From assembly GCA_031409335.1 (NCBI GenBank), contig JANNWY010000261.1, positions 1 through 31,959 on the forward strand: DNA of 31,959 nucleotides, read 5' to 3'. The stretch comes from Chthoniobacteraceae bacterium. Its GTDB lineage: Bacteria > Verrucomicrobiota > Verrucomicrobiia > Chthoniobacterales > Chthoniobacteraceae. Shown here in pieces: positions 25,253 through 31,959 of this stretch. Position 1 is the first letter of the stretch, and every line of letters starts with the position of its first letter. The notes beneath the pieces were generated by a model. It was not told the DNA's origin and did no database searches. It saw only the letters and a list, made by a program, of their open reading frames with translations. The position numbers and the translations under genes were made by a program.

Positions 25253-26395
25253 TCACTTCCGGCTCAGCCGGTAAAAAAGCCATAGGCCAAGGCCGATGAA
25301 CAGCGCGTTGGGGAGCCAGACCAGCAGCTCGGGGTGCGCCTTTGGATTCTCCTTCACCGCATCGGCGACCAGGATGAACATGAAATACACGAACGCGATC
25401 ACCAGGCTCAGGAGGAATCCGGCGGAGGTTTCCTTGCGGTGCGCAGTGATCGCGAGGGGCACGCCGATGAGCGCAAAGGCGAGCGAGGCGAGTGAGACCG
25501 AGAAGCGTTTGCTGACTTCCGTTTTTGCGGCGGAAAGCTGGGCGTCGCGCTGTTTTTTGTCGGCTTTTGAAACGGTTCGCGCCTGCTCGTGCCGGATGCG
25601 ATCCTGCAACTCGGCAACCGCCATCGTGCTCAGGCCTTTTTTCTTTTTCGACTTTTCATAAAGCGCCTGGAGCGAGATCGGAAAGGTCGTTTCCTTCGCG
25701 GTGTTGCCGAGGCTGATTTTCATCAGGTTCGTCGGATCTTCGGCGTTTCGCTCCTCGTATTGGGCGTCGAAAAGATTCAGCAAGAGCTGACTGTTTTCGG
25801 GATCGCTTTTCAGCACGCCGCGCCGCGCAAAGATGACGCGGATCGGAAAGGATTCTTCATCCATTTCATACACGACGATATTGCGCAGCTCCGGCCCGTC
25901 GTTGTGCTCGACGTAGATTTTCCGATTGGGGAATTCGGTGATCACCCTGTCGCTGCTGAACATCGCGAGCGGATTGTTCGTCGCGATTTGCACGAGCGTG
26001 TCCTTCATCTTCAAGTTCGCCCGCGGCGCCACGTCCACATTGATCCAGAGACAGATCCCGGCGAAAATGAACGCGAGCGCGAAGACCGAAAAACTAATCC
26101 GCGGAATACTCACGCCGCTCGAACGCAGCGCGATCAATTCGTTCTCTGCGGACATTTTTCCAAACACGAGCAGGATCGCAGTGAGAAAGCCCCACGGGAT
26201 CGTGAACGTGAGTGAAAACGGGACGATGTACGAGATGAAAGTGAGGACGAGATCGAGCGGCGCGTTGTGATTGATGAGCAGTTCGAGCAATTGCTTGAAG
26301 ACCTGCCCGAGCACGAGCACCACGCTCAAAACGCCGACCGCGAAGAGCGACGAAAAGAGCACCTGCCGGCAGACATAGCGGTCGAGGATTTTCAT
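25253..26395 (-). CDS. LPS export ABC transporter permease, LptF/LptG family (LptF-like)
   Basis: MKILDRY, FTIPWGFLTAILLVFGKMSAENELIALRSSGVS, periplasmic beta-jellyroll region, LAFALIGVPLA, WLPNALF; 3+3 TM layout. Confidence 0.93.
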   Translation of the reverse strand: MKILDRYVCRQVLFSSLFAVGVLSVVLVLGQVFKQLLELLINHNAPLDLVLTFISYIVPFSLTFTIPWGFLTAILLVFGKMSAENELIALRSSGVSIPRISFSVFALAFIFAGICLWINVDVAPRANLKMKDTLVQIATNNPLAMFSSDRVITEFPNRKIYVEHNDGPELRNIVVYEMDEESFPIRVIFARRGVLKSDPENSQLLLNLFDAQYEERNAEDPTNLMKISLGNTAKETTFPISLQALYEKSKKKKGLSTMAVAELQDRIRHEQARTVSKADKKQRDAQLSAAKTEVSKRFSVSLASLAFALIGVPLAITAHRKETSAGFLLSLVIAFVYFMFILVADAVKENPKAHPELLVWLPNALFIGLGLWLFYRLSRK

Positions 26396-26426
26396 GGAAG
26401 CGCGACAACCGATCGGCGTTTCTGCC

Positions 26427-26568
26427 TTCGATGTTCGATGTTCGATGTTCGACGTTCGATGTTCAGCCCCGCGCAGCGGCCTTGGAATTCAGGAAACGCT
26501 CTCGCACCACCCTGGTGCCTGCGGCGGGCCGAACATCGAACGTCGAACATCGAACATCGAACATCGAA
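26427..26568. repeat. Perfect 38-bp inverted repeat made of tandem TTCGATG heptamers around a 66-nt structured spacer
   Basis: Left arm 26427-26464 (TTCGATG)3 TTCGACG TTCGATG TTC is the exact reverse complement of right arm 26531-26568. Confidence 0.97.
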
Positions 26569-26636
26569 AGTGAGATGCGCTCCGCTTCCAGTCGCCCCCG
26601 CCGTTTCCCACTTTCCGTCGCAGACGGCGCGTCTTT

Positions 26637-27485
26637 TCAAAACTGCACCGTGACGCCGAGCGAAAGGCTGAACGCCTGGAACGACGCGAAATCCGCAGAC
26701 GAATCGTTGTCCGCGAAAGTGCTCGAAACCGACCCGAACACTTTTTGCGTGAATTGATAGGTCAGATTTGCGCCAAGCAAATGGCGGTAGTCGCGGCGAT
26801 CGACATTCTCGAAATCCGAATACGTGAATTGGTAGAAAACGGTTCCCACCATCTTGCTGCTAAACTGATGCGTGAGACCGACGATCGCGCGGTTTTGCGT
26901 GCGGCTGTCGCTGGTCGGATCGGAGAAGTAATTGGTAAAACTGTAACCAGCGAACACCAGCGAGTAGCCCTTGTTGAAACCGTAGCCCCAATCGGTGCCC
27001 GCCGTCAGCCCGACCGCCTGGGTGATCCGCTCGCCGGTGTCAAAGCTGTCATACCGATACGGCTCGGCACCGACGTAAATGCGCGGCCAGTTGATCTTCG
27101 GCCGCCAGTCCAGCGTCGAGATGATGCTGTAGCCGATGAAGCCGCGATCCTGCTCCTGCGTGTAAATGCCGGACTCGACCTTGGCCGCGATGTCGAAGGC
27201 AAAATTGTGACGCAGCGGCGTGTTGAAACCGACTTCGATCTGCGGGAAAAAGATCAGGTCGCCGCTGCCGTGATTGCCCGTCTGCTTCGCATTCGTGCTG
27301 AACTCGGAGCGAATTTGCACATTCGAGCGGAACGAAGGTTTGCCGCCCAAAGCGTTGGCGTCCATCTCTTCGATCACCCCGATGTCCTCGATCTCCTTCG
27401 CGCTCTGGTTCGACGACATTTCTCCCGCCTGCGCGCCGACGAGCGCGCACAAAACCAGCAATGCGAATGGCGGCAGGAAGCGCAT
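26637..27485 (-). CDS. Small outer-membrane beta-barrel protein of unknown function
   Basis: Signal peptide (AQA-G), alternating aromatic/hydrophobic strands, C-terminal SLSLGVTVQF beta-signal. Confidence 0.85.
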   Translation of the reverse strand: MRFLPPFALLVLCALVGAQAGEMSSNQSAKEIEDIGVIEEMDANALGGKPSFRSNVQIRSEFSTNAKQTGNHGSGDLIFFPQIEVGFNTPLRHNFAFDIAAKVESGIYTQEQDRGFIGYSIISTLDWRPKINWPRIYVGAEPYRYDSFDTGERITQAVGLTAGTDWGYGFNKGYSLVFAGYSFTNYFSDPTSDSRTQNRAIVGLTHQFSSKMVGTVFYQFTYSDFENVDRRDYRHLLGANLTYQFTQKVFGSVSSTFADNDSSADFASFQAFSLSLGVTVQF

Positions 27486-28298
27486 CTAGTAAGGATTCGG
27501 CGGGACAGGGTCCGGCGGATTGGGCATTGGCCCTGGCTGATTGCCATTTGGCGGACGCGGAATGAGGATGCGCGTGCGCTGCAATGTGGCGGGAAGATTC
27601 TGCGCGCGTTGCAGCGCATCGAAATCCGACGTGTCCGGCATCGCCAACTGGAAGCGGCGGCCCGGCAGCAAACGCAGCTCGTCAAAGCCGGGCATCGGCC
27701 CGTTGAACGCCATCAGCGCACCATCGATCGCCCGCGCCGGATCGAACCGCGCGATCAGAATCCGCCCATCCGGCATCATTCGCGCAAACTCCCCCGCCCC
27801 CACCTTTCGCCCCGAGGGAATCAGCGTCACTTCACCAGCGAGCACCGCGATCGTATCGCGCGAAACTTTCCCTGTTGTCCCCGTGATCGCCGCCGTGAGC
27901 GATGCCGTCTTGATCGTCCCAGCCCCCTGCCCGCGCGGCACGAAAAACGTGAACGTGCCCTCCTTCAAACTCAGCGTGCGCGAATCCGCCTCGAACGAAA
28001 AAATCGTGTTCTGCCCGATCCGCACGACCGAGCCATCGTCGTATTGCAATTCCGCGCGCGATTCGGATTCCGTGAGCACGTAATTGCTCGCCCCCACGAT
28101 GTCGCCCTGGTTCGCGGGCCGCGTCTTCCCTTTGCCGCCGGTGATCTGGCCGTAGGCGACTTTGTTCTGCGTGCGTGTCACCGTCGCGCGGGTAAAAGGC
28201 ACCGCCGCGCCAGCGAGCGCGACCGTCAGCAAAAGGGCGACGGTGACGAGCAGGGTGACGAGTTGTGTGGAGGACTCAAGGCGTCCGAAGCGATTCAC
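27486..28298 (-). CDS. FecR domain-containing exported protein with Pro-rich tail
   Basis: Hydrophobic N-terminus; VLTESESRAELQYDDGSVVRIGQNTIFSF...LSLKEG...IKTASLTAAITGT...VLAGEVTL is the FecR-domain pattern. GTG start inferred. Confidence 0.88.
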   Translation of the reverse strand: MNRFGRLESSTQLVTLLVTVALLLTVALAGAAVPFTRATVTRTQNKVAYGQITGGKGKTRPANQGDIVGASNYVLTESESRAELQYDDGSVVRIGQNTIFSFEADSRTLSLKEGTFTFFVPRGQGAGTIKTASLTAAITGTTGKVSRDTIAVLAGEVTLIPSGRKVGAGEFARMMPDGRILIARFDPARAIDGALMAFNGPMPGFDELRLLPGRRFQLAMPDTSDFDALQRAQNLPATLQRTRILIPRPPNGNQPGPMPNPPDPVPPNPY

Positions 28299-28398
28299 GG
28301 CGGGGAGATTCCCGGGCGGGGTGGATTCCGTCAAGGTGCAATGTGGATGGGAACTCCGCGCTGTTCGGCATCGGCGATGGGTTGTAAAAGCGGCGGAC

Positions 28399-30507
28399 AT
28401 GTCTAAGGCGAAACATCAGCATTATCGAAGCCTCGCGCTTGCCTGTGTTGCCTGCACGGGGCTGGTGCTGTTCCTGCACTTGAAGATCAATCCTTACCTC
28501 GACCGCGAGTGGAAAGTCCGCGATGGGATCATCAAATTCGGCCGCAAATGCGAGATGGACCCGGACATCGTTTTTCTCGCGATCGACAACGCGTCGGCAA
28601 CACTCGATGCGCTCTTCGACGAGGAAAAAGCCGCCACGCCCGCGTTGCAAAAGATGGCCGGCGGATATCCGTTTCCACGCGATCTTTATCCGCTCGTCAT
28701 CGAGCGGCTCGTGAATGCGGGCGCGAAAGTCGTCGCGTTCGACATACTCTTTCCCAATGAACGGGACACCGACGGCCCATTTCGCGAAGCGCTGGAGAAG
28801 TATGCCGACAAAGTGGTGATCGGAGCAAATCTCGAAGGCCGCGACTTCGGCCACCACGACGGTGCGGAGTTGTACAAACACGCGCTGGTCCCGCCCGCGG
28901 CATCGCTGATTCCCCCGCCGGAGCGCGGCATGGATCATCGCGTCGGCCTGGTGAATTTCTGGCCAGACCGCGCGGGCCTGATCGTCCGCCGCGCGTTTTA
29001 CCAAACTACGCGGGAAGAACGGGAGGGATTTGTGGACGAAACGGCCCCACTGCTGTTTTCGATGAGCGCGCGCATTTTGGAAAAAATCGGACGCTCCGAT
29101 TTCATCCCGCCTGGACATCAACCAGTGATGTTTCGCTTCTCGGAAAGCCCGCGACCAGTTTCGCTATACCAAATTTTCGTGCCGGATTTGTGGTCAAAAC
29201 CACCGCTCAACAATGGCGAATTGTTCCGCGGAAAAATCGTGCTGATCGGCCCAGATGGAAACTGGGTGAAAGACGAACTCGCCACGCCGCTCGGCCTCAC
29301 GAACGGCCCGCGCATTCACCTCAGCGCGCTGAATGCCGCGCTGAAACGCGACTTTGTCCACGAGACTTCCAACCGCGAAAACATCCTTTTCATCCTCGTC
29401 GGCGGACTTTTTGCCTGGCTCTTCGGGCGCTTCGTGCGCGATCCCGTCATCCGTTTCGTCGCCCTCATCGTCTCCGCGCTGGCGCTCTACGGGCTCGCGC
29501 AGATTCTTTACAACGCCACCGGATTCCTCCCGATCGTGCTCAGTCCGCTGCTCGCGCTGGTCGGCAGCGGCGCCAGCTTTTCCGTCATCGAGCAAGTGCT
29601 CGACCGGCGCGAAAAGGCCAAGCTTCGCCGAACTTTCGAGCGCTACGTTTCCAAGGACATTGTGAAGGAACTCGTGGACAATCCGGAGGGCTGGCTCAAC
29701 GCCACGAAAGGCCAACGCAAACCAATCACCGTGCTTTTCTCCGATGTGCGCGGCTTCACCACGATGACCGAAAGCGCCGCTGATCCGCACGCACTCGTCG
29801 CACAGCTCAACGAATACTTCGACGACATGGTCGAGATCGTCTTCGCGAACAAAGGCACGCTCGACAAATTCATCGGCGACGCGGTGATGGCGCACTGGGG
29901 CAGCATCACGAGCGAAGGCGTGACGGTGGACGTGCGCCGCGCCGTCGCCACCGCCGTGCGGATGCGCAAGAAACTCGCCGAGGTCAATCCGCAGTGGAAA
30001 GCGCGCGGAATGCTCGAACTCCACGTCGGCATCGGCGTGAACATGGGCGAGGCCATCGTGGGAAATCTCGGCTCAAAAGAAAAGGCAGAAGTCTCCGTCA
30101 TTGGCGACGCCGTGAACCTCGCCTCGCGGCTCGAAGGCGTGACCAAGAAGTATCACATCGATCTCTGCATCGGCGAAAACGTCGCGCTGCTCGTGCGCGA
30201 TTTTTTCATCCTGCGCTCCATCGATCTCATCGTCGTGCAAGGCAAAACCAAACCCGTGGCAATTTTCGCCGTGCTGGATGAATGCGGACCGGGAATTGCC
30301 GCGCCCGCATGGCTCGCGCGCCACGAGGAAGCCGTAAAACTCTACCGCGCCGGAGATTTCCCCGCCGCCGAAACCGCCTGGCGCGAAGTCCTCGCGCAAG
30401 CGCCGGGAGACGGAATCGCCGAAACATTCATCGCCCGCTGCGTCGAACTGCAAGCCAGCCCACCGACGGGGAAATGGGATGGGGTTTTCGAGATGAAGAG
30501 CAAGTGA
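28399..30507 (+). CDS. CHASE2-domain class III adenylate/guanylate cyclase
   Basis: CHASE2 (DIVFLAIDN, YPFPRDLY..VIERL..AGAKVVAFDILF, FRGKIVLIG, GPRIH), three TMs, FERYVS, LFSDVRGFT, DKFIGDAVMA, VSVIGDAVNLASRLE, C-terminal TPR-like tail ending WDGVFEMKSK. Confidence 0.95.
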   Translation: MSKAKHQHYRSLALACVACTGLVLFLHLKINPYLDREWKVRDGIIKFGRKCEMDPDIVFLAIDNASATLDALFDEEKAATPALQKMAGGYPFPRDLYPLVIERLVNAGAKVVAFDILFPNERDTDGPFREALEKYADKVVIGANLEGRDFGHHDGAELYKHALVPPAASLIPPPERGMDHRVGLVNFWPDRAGLIVRRAFYQTTREEREGFVDETAPLLFSMSARILEKIGRSDFIPPGHQPVMFRFSESPRPVSLYQIFVPDLWSKPPLNNGELFRGKIVLIGPDGNWVKDELATPLGLTNGPRIHLSALNAALKRDFVHETSNRENILFILVGGLFAWLFGRFVRDPVIRFVALIVSALALYGLAQILYNATGFLPIVLSPLLALVGSGASFSVIEQVLDRREKAKLRRTFERYVSKDIVKELVDNPEGWLNATKGQRKPITVLFSDVRGFTTMTESAADPHALVAQLNEYFDDMVEIVFANKGTLDKFIGDAVMAHWGSITSEGVTVDVRRAVATAVRMRKKLAEVNPQWKARGMLELHVGIGVNMGEAIVGNLGSKEKAEVSVIGDAVNLASRLEGVTKKYHIDLCIGENVALLVRDFFILRSIDLIVVQGKTKPVAIFAVLDECGPGIAAPAWLARHEEAVKLYRAGDFPAAETAWREVLAQAPGDGIAETFIARCVELQASPPTGKWDGVFEMKSK

Positions 30508-30522
30508 CACAAGCCCGGACGG

Positions 30523-30547
30523 CGCGGGAAATTCCGCGGGAAATTCC
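30523..30547. repeat. Tandem 12-bp direct repeat CGCGGGAAATTC x2
   Basis: 30523-30534 and 30535-30546 are identical; each overlaps the near-palindrome GGAA-A-TTCC. Confidence 0.9.
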
Positions 30548-30594
30548 ATTTGCCACCCACTCCGTTTCGCGATGAGGTAGCCGCCCTTTTTAAT

Positions 30595-31845
30595 ATGAGC
30601 CAATCGCGTCGCGTAGTTATCACCGGAATGGGAGTCGTCACTCCGGTCGGGAATGATCTCTCCACTTTCTGGGACAATCTCGTCCATGGGCGCAGCGGCG
30701 TCGGGCCGATTACGCATTTCGATGTTTCGCAATACGACTGCCGGATCGCGGGTGAGGTGCGCGATTTTGATCCGGTGAAATTTTTCAAAACACCGAAGGA
30801 TGTGCGCCGCACGGATCGCTTCACGCACCTCGCGGTGGGCGCGGCGAAGATGGCGATGGATGACGCGGGGCTGACGGTGCCGATCGCCGATCCGGAGCGC
30901 TTTGGCGTGATGCTGGGCAGCGGGATTGGCGGGCTGAAAACGACCGAGGATCAACACACGATCCTGATGAACAAAGGGCCGAGCCGGATTTCGCCGTTCA
31001 TGATTCCGATGCTGATCGGGAATATGGCGAGCGGCATCGTGAGCATGGAATACGGGATGCAGGGGCCGAATTTCGCGACTGTGAGCGCGTGCGCGACGAG
31101 TGCGCATTCCATCGGGGAAGCGTGGCGCATGATCCGCGAGGACGATGCGGATGCGTTCCTCGCGGGTGGCTCCGAGGCGGCGATCGTGCCGCTGGGGATC
31201 GGCGGATTTGCGGCGATGCGCGCGCTTTCCACGCGCAACGACGATCCGGCGGGTGCGTCGCGTCCGTGGGATCGCGATCGCGATGGCTTCGTGATGGGCG
31301 AAGGCGCGGGCGTGATCGTGATGGAGGAACTCGAACACGCGAAACGACGCGGCGCGAACATCATCGCGGAGATCGTTGGCTACGGGCTGACGGCGGACGC
31401 TTTTCACATGAGCGCGCCGCTGCCGAATCACGAGCAGGCGCAGCGCTGCATGAGGATGGCGCTCGCGAAAGCGGGGCTGAATACCGACGACGTGGATTAT
31501 CTCAATGCGCACGGCACTTCCACGCCGATCGGCGATGTGTGTGAAGTGCGCGCGGTGAAAGCCGTCTTCGGCGACCACGCGCGCGGCGGGCTCGTTTCTT
31601 CCTCCACGAAATCCATGACCGGCCATCTGCTCGGCGCGGCGGGCGTGGTGGAGACGGTGGTGTGCGCGAAAGCGATCCAGACCGGCCTCATCCCGCCGAC
31701 CATCAATCTCGAAAACCCAGGCGAAGAGTGCGACCTCGATTTCGTGCCGCTCAAAGCACGCGAGAAAAAAGTGCGCGTGGCGGTGAACAACTCGTTCGGC
31801 TTCGGCGGGCATAACGCGACGCTGGTGATCCAGGCGTTCGCGTAG
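30595..31845 (+). CDS. fabF: 3-oxoacyl-ACP synthase II
   Basis: RRVVITGMGVVTPVG; catalytic Cys-His-His in SACAT, NAHGTSTPIGD and KSMTGHLLGAAG; NSFGFGGHNA. Confidence 0.97.
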   Translation: MSQSRRVVITGMGVVTPVGNDLSTFWDNLVHGRSGVGPITHFDVSQYDCRIAGEVRDFDPVKFFKTPKDVRRTDRFTHLAVGAAKMAMDDAGLTVPIADPERFGVMLGSGIGGLKTTEDQHTILMNKGPSRISPFMIPMLIGNMASGIVSMEYGMQGPNFATVSACATSAHSIGEAWRMIREDDADAFLAGGSEAAIVPLGIGGFAAMRALSTRNDDPAGASRPWDRDRDGFVMGEGAGVIVMEELEHAKRRGANIIAEIVGYGLTADAFHMSAPLPNHEQAQRCMRMALAKAGLNTDDVDYLNAHGTSTPIGDVCEVRAVKAVFGDHARGGLVSSSTKSMTGHLLGAAGVVETVVCAKAIQTGLIPPTINLENPGEECDLDFVPLKAREKKVRVAVNNSFGFGGHNATLVIQAFA

Positions 31846-31857
31846 CGATCAAGGAGC

Positions 31858-31959
31858 GGGGGGGGGGGGGGGGGGGGGGCCGCCCCCCGCCCGCCCGGGG
31901 GGGGGGGGGGGGGGGGGGGGGGCGCGGGGGGGGAAGAGACGGGGGCGCCGCGGCGGCCG
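31858..31959. other. Poly-G low-complexity end, probable sequencing/assembly artefact
   Basis: Two G runs longer than 20 nt at the very end of the window. Confidence 0.75.

Noticed and set aside
26267..26757. Small ORFs with FDVRCSM / NIEHRTS repeats, and a possible CRISPR array
   Set aside because: These are translations of the heptamer DNA repeat; there is no repeat-spacer structure and no cas gene.
26745..28406. 553-aa plus-strand ORF
   Set aside because: Antisense shadow running across the in-frame FecR and barrel genes.
30073..31812. 579-aa minus-strand ORF
   Set aside because: Antisense to fabF and the cyclase 3' end.
31858..31959. Poly-G tract as G-quadruplex or phase-variation element
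   Set aside because: Located at the sequence end and typical of poly-G read artefacts; cannot be trusted without read support.

Overview
GC-rich bacterial chromosomal segment, most likely Verrucomicrobiota (Chthoniobacterales-like), inferred from the 'EPLEARIAPA'-type giant protein, paired DUF1080 genes and general gene style. Contents in order: 5' part of gnd; pgsA; a polysaccharide export trio (outer-membrane beta-barrel, Wzc tyrosine kinase, short Wza/OPX-like protein); tRNA-Gly(TCC); a ~2,330-aa protein with 14 Calx-beta repeats and a glycine-rich solenoid-like C-terminus; two DUF1080 paralogues; DUF3820; 2-oxoacid:ferredoxin oxidoreductase alpha/beta; a Wzy-like polymerase plus four glycosyltransferases behind a candidate sigma54 promoter; Dabb; a BC1872/ABA-sandwich-like gene; an LptF/G permease; a beta-barrel + FecR-domain pair divergent from a CHASE2 adenylate cyclase; fabF; and a terminal poly-G tract that is probably an artefact. 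Most notable: (1) a perfect 38-bp inverted repeat built from tandem heptamers directly upstream of lptF/G, (2) the barrel-FecR-CHASE2 cyclase trans-envelope signalling candidate, (3) the giant protein with no Sec signal, (4) the OPX/beta-barrel pair with an unusual barrel insertion, and (5) a possible BRO-family gene remnant. All family assignments are from motif recognition by eye; no searches were run.
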